Source: Lepidodermella squamata (Eukaryota > Animalia > Gastrotricha). Taken from it: a stretch of DNA of 64,000 nt. Made by a program: the position numbers and the translations under genes. The DNA is taken from assembly GCA_047495785.1 (NCBI GenBank), contig JBLDXI010000020.1, positions 1,798,001-1,862,000 of the forward strand, written 5' to 3'. Positions 22,304-33,951 of this stretch are shown here, in pieces (within the stretch, counting starts at the first letter, position 1; the number at the start of each line of letters is the position of its first letter). Under the pieces are notes generated by a model. That model did not search any database and was not told where the DNA came from. It saw nothing but the letters and a program-made list of their open reading frames with translations.

Positions 22304-22657
22304 TTATCTTGGCACGAATGGGCGCGAGACCAGGCGAGCCCATCGCCGCTTTTGCTTCCCGCCGGCAATCGCATCAGGCGCTGCGATTTGATTGTGCTGC
22401 TGAACCGGTCGTTTCTTAGACTGTTGCGGCGCGGCTGTTGTTGACTCACCTTTAACCACCGGTGGCTTCGGAAGAGTCATGACAAAATCATTCGTATGGC
22501 GGCTGTTCGCCATGAAAGTTTTCAAACGAGTCAGGCGCGTTCGGGCTTTCGCCTCAGAATAAAACGCCGAGCCGTAAATTCCGCCAGAAATCGCTAAATC
22601 GTGAAGTATAAAAACAGCCGCGACATAAATAGCTACCGCACTTGAAAAAACCGCCAT
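22304..22657 (-). CDS. Secreted prepropeptide ending KRR-WARLVSRPFVPR
   Basis: Signal peptide, KKR and KRR sites; same strand and architecture as the rest of the array. Confidence 0.7.
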   Translation of the reverse strand: MAVFSSAVAIYVAAVFILHDLAISGGIYGSAFYSEAKARTRLTRLKTFMANSRHTNDFVMTLPKPPVVKGESTTAAPQQSKKRPVQQHNQIAAPDAIAGGKQKRRWARLVSRPFVPR

Positions 22658-22822
22658 TTTAAAATAAAATGATCATTGCTCGGGAAAAAATCCACCTTGA
22701 TAATGAATTTAGCTATAACGCGAAAAAGAGATTTAACACAACGAACTTTTAAATCACAAGCGGATTTATTTTGTCAGAAAAAGGTTGAAAATTTGATTGT
22801 TTCTTTATATTCAAGTCATTTA

Positions 22823-23797
22823 TTAGTCGGCAGTAGGCACCTTGGCGGCAAACTCTTCGCTAAGCTTCCAAAGCCGTTCGGCCATCACGTCATCCGACGC
22901 GATCGCTCCTGGATCAACCACTTGACAGTTACTGAAATAAAGGGACAATTTATAACCTGTTTTTCATCGGACGGGGATTAAAATTTACTCGAAATATTTG
23001 CCGGACAGATTTTCGATGCCAGGTTGAGATGCGCAGTAGACAGTAGTTTTGGCGCCATTTTCAGCAGACATGCCAAATACGTTGAACAGGGTCTTTAAAA
23101 ACCAGCCCTGATTGCGATCGATATCAGTCTTAATCACACCCGGGTGCAAAACGTAGGTCGTCACGTCTTTCGCACCACTGGCCTGGAGCCGGCGATGAAG
23201 TTCCCGAGTGAACAAAACATTAGCCAGTTTCGTCTGTGCATAGGCTTGAGATGGCGAGTAAGCTCCAGGTTTTTCAAAGTTGACATCGTCAATGTGAAAC
23301 CCGGGTTTACTAGCCCAGAATGCAATACGATGCGCGGCCACATTGACAATTCGACTCGGGGCTGAGGCTGTCAGTTTTTCGAGAAGTAAGGTCGTCAGTA
23401 AAAAATGGCCGAGATGATTAGTCGCGAAGCAAACTTCATTCCCATCGACTGATAGAGTCCTCTCAGCCGGCCCGTAAAGACCAGCATTGTTCACTAGAAC
23501 GTGAATTTGAGGCTCAGCTTCGATGACCTCAGCCGCGAATCGGCGGACAGATTTGATTGAAGAAAGGTCGAGTTGGCGAACAGCGACTACGTCCTCCTTA
23601 ACGCCGGCTTTTTCTCGAATTTCTTTAGCTGCCTCCTCGGCAGTTGTGACATTTCGGCAGGCTAGAATGACCTTTTTCGCGCCACGCCTAGCCAACTCGA
23701 GGGCAGCAGTTTTTCCAATGCCGGTATTAGACCCGGTTACGATGCAAACTTTGCCAGTAACGAACCACTGCGGCTCTTGTTCTGCAGCTTTTGCCAT
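22823..23797 (-). CDS. Short-chain dehydrogenase/reductase, RDH11-14-like (SDR copy 1; exons 23797-22989, 22931-22823)
   Basis: TGSNTGIG Rossmann motif, NNAG, FATNHLGHFLLT, YAQTK, HPG; GT-AG intron restores DNC...LWKLSEE. Confidence 0.9.
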
Positions 23798-25240
23798 TGC
23801 GATTGATTTCAGTGGGGAAAATGAGAATAATGAAAATGATCTCACGACTAACGCAGAAATTTTATGCATAATAATAATAATAATTTATCTCGTTTTCTCT
23901 TATAGTACTGCTCTAGCACGAGAGAGAGAGAGAGAGACAACCTCATATTTCAAGACGGCCTGGTTTTAGCAGACACACTCACACACAGCGCACGTGTAAT
24001 ACAGCTGATATGCCGTAGTGATGAATCACGCGTAGTAAAAAAAATCCATACGCTTTTACGCTGTGCGTTATAATAATGAATGGCAGCAGCCAGAGTATTC
24101 ATCTGGTACTACGAACTAGTGGACTTTGCCTGGTTTGAAGTTTGAGGTCAACCGCAGTCGGCTGTCTTACACATTAGGGTTTTAAATCAAACGAAACGCT
24201 TTGGGGGTTGCAATAACGGCAAAACGAATTTTATCACCGTAGCGCAGGATAAAATTGGACACTTCGGCTTTGCAGCTAAATAGGTTTGTAACGCCGTACG
24301 ATAAAAACACATGGTGTGTTGCATAAAATACCTCGTTTCTTGAGCTCTCGAATGGCGCAAGTCCCAAGGTGATTGGAGCAACAATCGATTTTTTAAGAAA
24401 TATTACAAGCAAGTCAACTTGAACGTGGCTTTGGGCCTCCCTCTTATCATCTCTCAAACGAATAAACATTGTGGGACGAATAAAATTTCTCTCTCGCAGT
24501 TATCGAAAGAAAAATGAAGATCGAACTATTGGTTTTTGTAGGGCATTCCCCTGAATGTTTCAGGTGAACATCGGCTAATTTTGGACCGCTGCGCAAACAT
24601 TTATTTCTCTTGTTTTTCGTTTTTTATTCGTTGTCTGTTCATAATTTTTTCCAAATTTGACTCAAAGCGCTCAGAAAAAACTGACAATTCCCAATGGCGT
24701 TCCGCATGCAAATTACTGGCAAATGAGTGGGTCCAATATGTCCAACTAGCCATGAATGCTTTTGATCGCCAAAAATAAGGAAAAAATCGTAAAATCACCA
24801 AGTTTTACCGATAAATCGGGGATCACCCTGCACACCTTTATACCAAAAACCATCGATTTCAGAATCAAGACTGATTTTTAATATTCGAAAAACATGGTAC
24901 CCTCCCGCACGGTATGGTAAGTGGGAAATATTAAAAAACAATTCATGCTGGGAGATTGAAACCTTCAACAGTTTAACGCAGCTCTCACCGAGGCATGGGG
25001 TTGAAAAACGAAGCCCAAAAAACAATCCGCTTGTCCGAAAAAAGACCACGCTATACAGTACACGCGAAAAACAAGTATTTTTTCTTGAAAACTTGTTCAA
25101 GCCCGAAAGGCTATTACAACAATCATCCACACGTTACAGGTATGAAGCCAACTTTCGTCTGTAATGCAGGTCAATAAATCGACACTTCATATAAATTGAG
25201 CAGAAATAACTCAACATCTCATTATAAAAAACTATGCCTA

Positions 25241-26908
25241 ATGAAAGCTTTCCAGTATTTTTCAGTTTTAATTTTGACATTCTTCATTGAGCATATTGAT
25301 GGCTCCAGCGAAAGCTACAGATCGGAAAAATTGGATCAAATTAAGAATAACATCTCTCCCGGTCTTGTGAAAACGATTGCTCGGCCAAGATATGTCTTAT
25401 TTGTTATGGACGTGGCCTCGAGATCCCACTTTAAGCCGTTGGTACTGCTTTCGAAAGCTCTGATGAAGCGTGGCCATCGCACAGCGCTTGCTAGTCTCTT
25501 CGACGCAGCGACATGGTACAAACCTGGCCAGTTTGGCAAATATTACCAACTGAACGGAACCTTGGAATACCTATCAAACGGCTCAATCGCGCAGGAAAAA
25601 TCTAACGATTTTATGGCTGGAATCGGCAGGGAAGCGTCAAAGGCTGATACATACGATGGCATAAACAAGCTTCTCATGGCGTTTTCGAAATTCTTCTACG
25701 AAGGCGCCTATCTCAGCCTGAAAGATGCTGTCACTGAAGATCGGCCTGACATTTTGGTCTGCGACTGGATGAGCTTCTCATGCATGAATGTCGCGAAAAA
25801 ACTCGGGATACCTTACGTTGTCACATCGGCCGCGTCAACAGTTCCGAACGCCCCAGACCTTCCGGGTTACTTACCATCACCCTTTGCACCTTCCAGTCTT
25901 GGAGGATTGGGTATATTAGAAAGGCTGTATGTCAAATTCGTCCTGTGGCCGAAAATAATTTACCGATTCATTCCGTATTTCACTGAGATCAAGCAGCTTG
26001 GTGTAAAACTCGGTCTTGATCAAGTTAGCCATATGCTGCAACCAGAGAAAAATGTTCATTTCTTCATTCACAACTTCTTTGGCTGGGACTACCCGCGCCC
26101 AATGTCGCCATTCCTACACATACTAGGTCCTATTGTTGAGCCGGATATCTATGAAATGGACCCTGGACTTCAGAAATGGCTTGACCAAGCTCAGTCTAGG
26201 AAGGAGAGCGTGATCTACATCGCATTCGGATCTGGCTTTCTGCCGACTGATTCAAGGATTTCGGGTCTGTTGAAGGGCTTCCAATGCAGCTCGTCCCAGG
26301 TCAACATTTTATGGTCTTATGGCGGCGCTAATCTCACTGCAATAGTTCCTGAGGAAATTCTCAAGAACCCGGAAAAGCATCCTCATTTCAGACTGGAGAA
26401 ACGCGTGGCCCAAATCAAGGTCCTCAACCACCCGGCTGTTCACCTGTTTGTAAGCCATGGCGGCATTGAAAGTCTGTTCGAAGCATTCTTAGCCACCAAG
26501 CCGATTCTTGTCAATCCTATCACGGCAGATCAGCCATTGAGTGCTGAGCGTGTAACAGAGCTGGGCGTTGGCCTTTCTCTAAGCCACGATTCTGAGAACA
26601 TTGAAGACGAGGCATGTAAGAAATCGACGACTTTGCTGCATCGGTACGTGCAGAAAGATCCAGAGCTGATGCGAAATCTAATGAAAATGGGCGCTTCCTT
26701 ATATTACAATGCCCAAAGGATTGAGGCAGCGGTGGACATCATAGAAATGGAGATGACAATCGGGTCCGAGCACCTGCGAATGTTTGAAGATGAAGCTCCG
26801 TTCTACAGGATACATGATTTGGACCTTTATGCTGTCGTTCTACTTATTTTAGGTTTCATCATTGTTTTGATTCGCGGAGTAAGGAAGGCAAAGTCGAAAG
26901 TTGATTGA
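25241..26908 (+). CDS. UDP-glycosyltransferase (GT1/UGT), intronless, with signal peptide and C-terminal TM
   Basis: SH catalytic His (SRSHFKP), CDW, UGT signature AQIKVLNHPAVHLFVSHGGIESLFEA...P...DQ, TM helix and KSKVD (KxKxx) tail. Confidence 0.92.
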   Translation: MKAFQYFSVLILTFFIEHIDGSSESYRSEKLDQIKNNISPGLVKTIARPRYVLFVMDVASRSHFKPLVLLSKALMKRGHRTALASLFDAATWYKPGQFGKYYQLNGTLEYLSNGSIAQEKSNDFMAGIGREASKADTYDGINKLLMAFSKFFYEGAYLSLKDAVTEDRPDILVCDWMSFSCMNVAKKLGIPYVVTSAASTVPNAPDLPGYLPSPFAPSSLGGLGILERLYVKFVLWPKIIYRFIPYFTEIKQLGVKLGLDQVSHMLQPEKNVHFFIHNFFGWDYPRPMSPFLHILGPIVEPDIYEMDPGLQKWLDQAQSRKESVIYIAFGSGFLPTDSRISGLLKGFQCSSSQVNILWSYGGANLTAIVPEEILKNPEKHPHFRLEKRVAQIKVLNHPAVHLFVSHGGIESLFEAFLATKPILVNPITADQPLSAERVTELGVGLSLSHDSENIEDEACKKSTTLLHRYVQKDPELMRNLMKMGASLYYNAQRIEAAVDIIEMEMTIGSEHLRMFEDEAPFYRIHDLDLYAVVLLILGFIIVLIRGVRKAKSKVD

Positions 26909-27035
26909 CATTCCGTGCGTTTTACTTTTATGTCACTCGAAATTTTGGAATGTTTATATATCTTTTAATAAATATATGATAACACTTTGAGAAATGTTTT
27001 ACTGAGAAATATTAGATCATCCCTTTAAGCCCAAA

Positions 27036-28007
27036 TCAAGGCACTTTGGCGCATAGTTGTTCGCTCAGATCCCACAACTTTCCCGCCATGACGTCGTCAG
27101 AGGCGATGGCCCCAGCATCGACAGCCTGACAGTTCCTAGAAAACAATTTTCGTTCAGAAGAGCTCGGAACTGATAAAAGTGAATATGAAACTAACGCAAA
27201 ATAGCTGCCCGATAGATGCTCAATTCCAGGCTCTGAAGCACAATAAACAGTGGTTTTTGCCCCGTCCTCAGGGGAAAGCGCGTAAAGCCTGACAAAAGCC
27301 CTTATGAAGCAGCTAAGGTTTCGGCCAAGCTCAGTCTTAATCACTCCAGGATGGAGAGAGTAAGCAGTCACATCCGTCGCCCCGCTGGCTTTCAGGCGGC
27401 GATTCAGTTCCCGAGTAAACAAAACATTGGCCAGTTTCGTCTGTGAATAAGCTTGGACAGAAGAATAAGCGCCTGGATTATTTTCGAAATCTACATCGTC
27501 AATGTGAAATCCGGGGCGACTCATCCAAAATGCGATGCGATGCGCAGCAACTGTAACTATTCGACTCGGGGCTGATGCTTTCAATTTATCGAGAAGTAGA
27601 TTCGTCAGTAAAAAATGGCCGAGATGATTAGTTGCGAAGCAAATTTCGTGCCCATCGACTGAAAGGGTACGTTCATCCGGTCCCATAAGGCCAGCATTGT
27701 TGATCAGCACGTGAATTTGAGGTTCATTCGCGATGACCTCGGCCGCGAATCGGCGGACAGATTTGATTGAAGGCAGGTCTAGTTGGCGAACACCGACTAT
27801 GTCCTCCCTAACGCCGGCTTTTTCGCGAATTTCTTTAGCTGCCTCCTCGGCAGTTGTGACATTTCGGCAGGCTAGGATGACCTTTTTCGCGCCACGTCTA
27901 GCCAACTCGAGGGCAGCTGTTTTGCCAATGCCGGTATTTGATCCGGTTACGATGCAAACTTTACCAGTAACAAACCACTGTGGCACTTGGACTGCGACCT
28001 TCGACAT
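27036..28007 (-). CDS. RDH-like SDR copy 2 (intron 27195-27136)
   Basis: Same motifs as copy 1; the 60-nt intron happens to be in frame and stop-free. Confidence 0.9.
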   Translation of the reverse strand: MSKVAVQVPQWFVTGKVCIVTGSNTGIGKTAALELARRGAKKVILACRNVTTAEEAAKEIREKAGVREDIVGVRQLDLPSIKSVRRFAAEVIANEPQIHVLINNAGLMGPDERTLSVDGHEICFATNHLGHFLLTNLLLDKLKASAPSRIVTVAAHRIAFWMSRPGFHIDDVDFENNPGAYSSVQAYSQTKLANVLFTRELNRRLKASGATDVTAYSLHPGVIKTELGRNLSCFIRAFVRLYALSPEDGAKTTVYCASEPGIEHLSGSYFALVSYSLLSVPSSSERKLFSRNCQAVDAGAIASDDVMAGKLWDLSEQLCAKVP

Positions 28008-28466
28008 TATAGGAATCTTGGATTTTGGAAGAGGCGAAAATTTGCTCGCTTCTAAGGTTAAATTTGTATCAATGCCGTCTTGGATTTTATAATTATTTAC
28101 TGCGCATGTGATAGCGTGTCATAAAATTTGACCGCGCTATAACCCATCAGGCGTTTTTGACCCGTCATTGGCACACATCTTTAATGCTGCCGCCCGCTAT
28201 ACATGTATTGCGATGAATCATTTATGCACGAAAAAACTGTGCAGTACGTTTTACTTCGCTGAAAATTTACAAGTATAAGTAATGGGGAAACATAATAAAA
28301 AATGTCTCGCTCAACCCAACAAAAGGAAAAAAATAATCTAAACCAAGAGCTGAAGACATTTTTGAATTATTACAGTTTGCCAAAAAATCATGCACCAGAC
28401 AACGTTTTAATTACAATTTACAACTTAAACCATAGATTCTAAATAAATGATCGAAGGAGTTACAAA

Positions 28467-29170
28467 TCATGAGCTTCCCAAAAGTTTGTCAATGTCCTTC
28501 GCGATCGAACTCGGTTCCGTAGTCGGGGCATATCGGCTGATGGGCTTGCCAGACTGATCGACCAAAAACTTGGTAAAATTCCATTTAATACCCCTGAAAT
28601 TATCCAATATTCGAGTGAATTAGCTAAAATTGGCTAAGATTCTTACTCGCCGAACCAGCCGCTTTGTTGGCTTTTCAAGAACTTGTACAACGGCGCGGCG
28701 GTGTCGCCATTTACGTCGATCTTATCGAACATATCAAAGGTGATCCCCTTCTTCTTGATAAATTCCTTGATATCAACAGTACAGCCAGACTCCTGGTTAC
28801 CAAACTGGTTACACGGGAATCCAAGAATAGCCAACTGGCCGTCGTATTTTGTGTACCTATACGAACATTAAATACTAGAAAATTGAAGAGAAAATTGAAT
28901 TTCTTTACAGCTGCTGTAGCTGTTTGTAGTTAGGCCCAGACAGACCGCAACTTGAAGCTACGTTGACGATCAATGCCGGTTTGCCCCTGGAATTTCGCAA
29001 TAAAAATTAAATATTTAGTTTTATTAGAAAAAACCTGTATTTTTCGAGCGATACATCTTGACCATCAATGTCCTTGACACTGAAATCATAAATGGTTTTG
29101 GCTTCTCCAGTCTTAAAAAAATGCAACAAAAAATATTACTTGCAATAAAAATTGGCAAAAAACAAACCAT
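28467..29170 (-). CDS. Cys-type glutathione peroxidase (PHGPx-like) A, 5 exons
   Basis: Spliced: [18 protein letters not shown]...VNVASSCGL...FPCNQFG...[11 protein letters not shown]; active-site codon is TGC, not Sec TGA. Confidence 0.9.
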
Positions 29171-29583
29171 AGTAAAACCGAGCTTTTACAAAAAAGAATT
29201 AATGGAAATATATCCTATAGGAATGATAGCAACAGCTGGTTTCATATACTGTGATGAATAATTTGAAAACAGTTCGGTTCATATAGCTCGATGGACAGGC
29301 TATTAGTACCTAATCGGCTGGAACTTCAAGCTGTCATGATTAATCTGTAATTTAATGCTTGAGTCTAATCTAATTTTTTCCACAACCGCAGATAGCGACT
29401 GTAAAATTTAGAAAACAGTACAAAAATGAAGAAAATTACCAAGTCAGAACCCGAATTTATGATATATGCAATTTTTATTGATCGTAGTCGCGAGACAGGA
29501 ACAAGAAAATAATCACAGCGTATAATATACAGCATAGTATTTCGGTCTCTCCGGGTAAATAATTATTCGGAGTACTTTTGTAT

Positions 29584-30281
29584 TCAAGCGACCAGGGCAT
29601 CGATGTCCTTGGTGATGTCTTTCGGCTCGACAGTCGGCTCGTAGCGGTTAATTGGCTTGCCGTTCTGGTCGACCAAAAACTTGGCGAAATTCCACTTGAT
29701 TTCGCTAAAATTAATTAATTAATTTTACTTTTCAAATTTTATGATTTTTTTTACTAACTTGCCACCTTGCTGGGCCTTGAGGTATTTGTACAACGGGGCA
29801 GCAGTGTCGCCGTTGACGTCAACCTTGTCGAACATATCGAAGGTGATCCCCTTCTTCTTGATGAATTCCTTGATATCGACAGAGCAGCCGGGTTCCTGAG
29901 CTCCGAACTGATTGCAGGGGAATCCAAGAATCGCCAATTTTCCGTTGTACTTCGAGTAGCTATAGGAAAAAATTATCAATTTAACCGTAAATTCAATATA
30001 AAAATATACATCTCTTGAAGCTGCTTGTAGTTGTTAGCAGTCAAGCCACATTGAGAAGCAACGTTGACAATCAAAGCCGGCTTTCCCCTGAAATTCACAA
30101 TTTTTTTGAAAATAAATAAAATTTAAGGTAGATGGTAATACTTGTATTTGTCGAGAGAAACATCCTGGCCATCAATGTCCTTGACAGTGAATTCGTGAAC
30201 TGAGGCAGCCTTAAAAAGCGGGGAAGACGTAGAGTAGCAAGCTCTATTGAGCAAATTAAGTGTCAATGGAAGACGAACCAT
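29584..30281 (-). CDS. Cys-type glutathione peroxidase (PHGPx-like) B, optional mitochondrial presequence
   Basis: [38 protein letters not shown]...VNVASQCGL...FPCNQFG...[11 protein letters not shown]. Confidence 0.9.
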
Positions 30282-30630
30282 TTTTTGAAATTGGTTTGCT
30301 GAAATAATTAGATATCAAGATCCTCAAAATTGGAGCTATAAAAGCAAATGCAGAAACACGTAACAATGCGCCGGGAAAAAACCGATCTAGGTCAAAATAA
30401 TTTGGATGTTATTGGCGTGGCCCCATTCATTTGCCCAAAAAAATAGCGGTGCTCAAAGTCCATCACGCTGCTTTGTATAATGAAAAACTCGCTATCCTGC
30501 GAGCTCATAATATCTCGTGTTTTTATCGGAAAAGGCACCTTATCTCTCAACTTCCTGATATACTTCCTTACATTGATTTCGAAATCTCGAGGGCATATAT
30601 AACGGATTTATTACTCAAATTTCATTACAA

Positions 30631-31571
30631 TCATGATACAAGTTTCTCGCTTATTTTCCATAATTTCTCCCTCAATTCACAAGGGTATTTTCCCGGGTTA
30701 ACTGCGACACAGTCCCTGTAAAAATAAATTACAATTTTAAGGTGGATAAATTAAAAAATATTAGAAAATATTACATAAAATACTGCGACGATAAATGTTC
30801 GATTCCCGGCTCGGTCGCTAGGTAAACCGAAGTTTTCGCCCCAGTTGCCGGTGTTTTCATGATTAATTTATAGAGATAACTGATCAACCAACCGAAATTA
30901 CGCGTCACATCTGAACCGATGATACCAGGGTGGACGGAGAACGCTGAAACTCCCGAGTCTTGACACCGATCATGAAGTGCTTGGGTGAATAAAATATTCG
31001 CTAATTTTGACTGGCCATAAGCGATAGGACTAGAGTATTTCGAGGTCGGCTGCTCGAAATTCGGATCATCGACCAATTGATTTCCATAGCCAGCGTATAT
31101 CCATATGAGCAGCCAGTGAGATGATACGTTAATCACGCGGCTAGGCGCTGATTTTTTCAGTAGGTCAAGTAATAAATTTGTCAGAAGAAAGTGACCTAGA
31201 TGATTAGTTGCAAAGGTCAACTCATTACCGTCGGCTGATTGCGTCAAATTAAACGGGGCCAACATGCCGGCGTTGTTGATGAGAACATCCAATCTTGGCT
31301 CAGTTGCCAAAAAATCAGCAGCAAATTTTCGAACTGAGTCATTGGAGGAAAGATCGAGCTGTTTAACGACGAGAGTTGTGGAGGAATTAGCCGCAATTTC
31401 GCTCGCGGCTTTTTCGCCGGCTTCGATGTTTCGGCAAGCCATGATGATCCGTTTGGCGCCTTTTTCAGCTAGTTGTTGGGCCGTCGCTTTTCCGATACCT
31501 GTATTCGCGCCGGTTATCAGGAAAACCTTGCCGGACGCTTCACCTTCATCCAAGTCTTCATTGCACTTCAT
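30631..31571 (-). CDS. RDH-like SDR copy 3, the most divergent
   Basis: TGANTGIG, NNAG, NVSS, YGQSK, HPG; second exon 30715-30631. Confidence 0.88.
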
Positions 31572-32545
31572 GATAGTTGGTATAACAGTCTAAACAATTG
31601 CACCACTAAAATTAAGGTTCCAACACTAATTTCTTTTTAATATTTTTGTGATTGTGAATTTTTCCGAAAACAATCCGAGAATTAACATTGCCCCTATCTT
31701 TTACCTTCAGCTAAGTTGAACATGTTCGATTTTTTTGGCTCTCAAGACTGCTGATGTCAAAAAATCACTTGTAAAAAATTGATTTGTAAAATCGATAAAT
31801 CTCGGAATAATCGCAAATAGCGCAAAATTAGCAAGATCTATCAGCTTGGCATTTTGGAATAAAAAATTTCGAAATTCCAAGCAAAACCTGAGCATTTTTC
31901 AAAATATTTAATTCTAAACCATATTTTGGTAAATTTCAATGCTGGAACTATCCATCCCTTCAGTGGATCTGACTTGGTGTACTCCCCTTTAGAAAAATCT
32001 GAAAATCAGAAGTTCTAGAAATTTTATCTACCGACAGAACTCACGCTGATAGTAGGTTCGAAACGCCATCATCACCCCATCAGATTTGATAGCCAAAATA
32101 AGAGAGATAAGACGTGATAAAGCCGTAACACGTTTTAGCTGTCGTAGTTGAATGAATCCTATGGAGGTTCTTTGTCTGTATTATAAAAAGTGCTTGCTGA
32201 CAAGTAAAACGTGGCGCTTTGTTACGTGAATGAAAGCGGCCAACAGAATGACTTTTCACTTGCCATAGGTACCTTAAAACTGACGTAAGCCTTCAACGGC
32301 ATCATACAATTTTGGGAATTATCTTGAGCGTCTCAGAGTGATCATGATTCATTTAATTTTCTCAACTTCTAATAATTAAAAATAATTTCCCGAAAATTTA
32401 GAGAACCATTTTTGAAATAATAATCTGATTCAGATTCCTGTTCAATTTTTCTGATATTTCTCTGGGATTATTTTGAGTTCGATATTGAATTTGATTTTAT
32501 TCTCACGCGCCGCAATAAAGTCAGAGAAATTATTAAAAAATCGTT

Positions 32546-33951
32546 TTATTCAGCATCAGGGACTTTGGCAACGAGTTGTTCGCTGAGTTCCCAAAGCTTT
32601 TTCGCCATTTCGGCATCGTTGGCCGTCGCACCCGGGTCTACTAGTTGGCAGTCCCTAAACAAGATGAACGAAAAATTAATCGAAATATTTATGGTTCTAT
32701 GTCAATTGAGCAAACGAAAATTGAGCAACGAAAATAGAGCAAGGGCTTTTGAGCAACGATATTAGAGCAAACGAAATTAGAGCAATACGACTTTTGAGCA
32801 AACGAAATTAGAGCAATACGACTTTTGAGCAAAACGAGATTGGAGCAAAACGACACTAGAGCAAATTTTATTTACAATAAGTAACAGCTGCAATTAATTA
32901 TTAAATTTGCTCTAGTGTCGTTTTGCTCCAATCTCGTTTTGCTCAAAAGTCGTATTGCTCTAATTTCGTTTGCTCAAAAGTCGTATTGCTCTAATTTCGT
33001 TTGCTCTAATATCGTTGCTCAAAAGCCCTTGCTCTATTTTCGTTGCTCAATTTTCGTTTGCTCAATTGACATATAACCATATTTATTTGAAAAAATGCTA
33101 AATTTTATAAACAAAATTGAATAAGTTGATTAAAACATTTTTAGTTACTGACCAACTTACACAAAATATTTCCCTGACAAGTTTTCGATGCCTGGCTGTG
33201 ATGAGAGGTAAACAGAGGTTTTTGCGCCTTCCTGTGGGGATTTCGTAAACCACTGTAGCAATTTGCGTACCACAACGTTCAAATCTCGGTCAATATCTGT
33301 CGCAACAGCACCAGGATTTAACGAGTAAGCCGTCACGTCTTTATTGCCCGATTCCTGAAGACGTCTATGCAAATCACTAGTAAAAAGAACATTCGCCAAT
33401 TTCGTGTAGCTATAAGCCGAAAAACTGCCATAGGAGCCTGGCTTTTCGAAATTCCAATCGTCGATGTGGAAACCGGGGCGAACTGCCCAGAACGTTACTT
33501 TACCCGACGAAACTGTAACAACTCGACTCGGGGCTGACTTTTTCAAAAAATCCAACAGTAAATTCGTCAACAAAAAATGACCCAGGTGATTTGTGGCCAG
33601 GGTCAATTCGTAGCCATCAACCGAAAGAGTTCGCTTTCCCGGGCCAGCAATTCCGGCATTGTTGATCAGAACATGCAAAGCTGGCTCTGAGGCTATAACT
33701 TCAGATGCGAATTTTCTCACTGATTTGATTGAAGATAAATCGAGGTGGCGAACTACGACCGATTCTTGACTCAAGTTCGATTTTTCGCGGATTTCTGTAG
33801 CGGCTTCTTCGGCTTTGGTGAGGTTGCGACATCCTAGGATGACCTTTTTAGCCCCACGACGGGCGAGTTCGACGGCGGTGGCTCGGCCAATACCGGTATT
33901 GGCTCCGGTTATCAAAACGGTCTTACCAGTTACAAAATATTTAGCAGCCAT
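32546..33951 (-). CDS. RDH-like SDR copy 4 (intron contains a MITE)
   Basis: TGANTGIG, TVSS, YSYTK; exon 2 at 32654-32546. Confidence 0.9.
32693..33078. mobile_element. Foldback MITE (near-perfect palindrome), 8-bp TSD ATATTTAT, Merlin-like ends
   Basis: ~175-bp inverted arms built from GAGCAA-cored tandem units; ends GGTT...AACC; TSD at 32685-32692 and 33079-33086; absent from paralogous introns. Confidence 0.9.

Noticed and set aside
23920-23937. (GA)n microsatellite, and the poly-G run near 36715
   Set aside because: Ordinary low-complexity sequence.
28467-30281. Selenoprotein GPx
   Set aside because: Active-site codons are TGC and TGT (Cys); there is no in-frame TGA.
32700-32870. Short repeated units superficially like a CRISPR array
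   Set aside because: Units are degenerate with no unique spacers, are mirrored as an inverted repeat with a TSD, and lie in a eukaryotic intron: a MITE.
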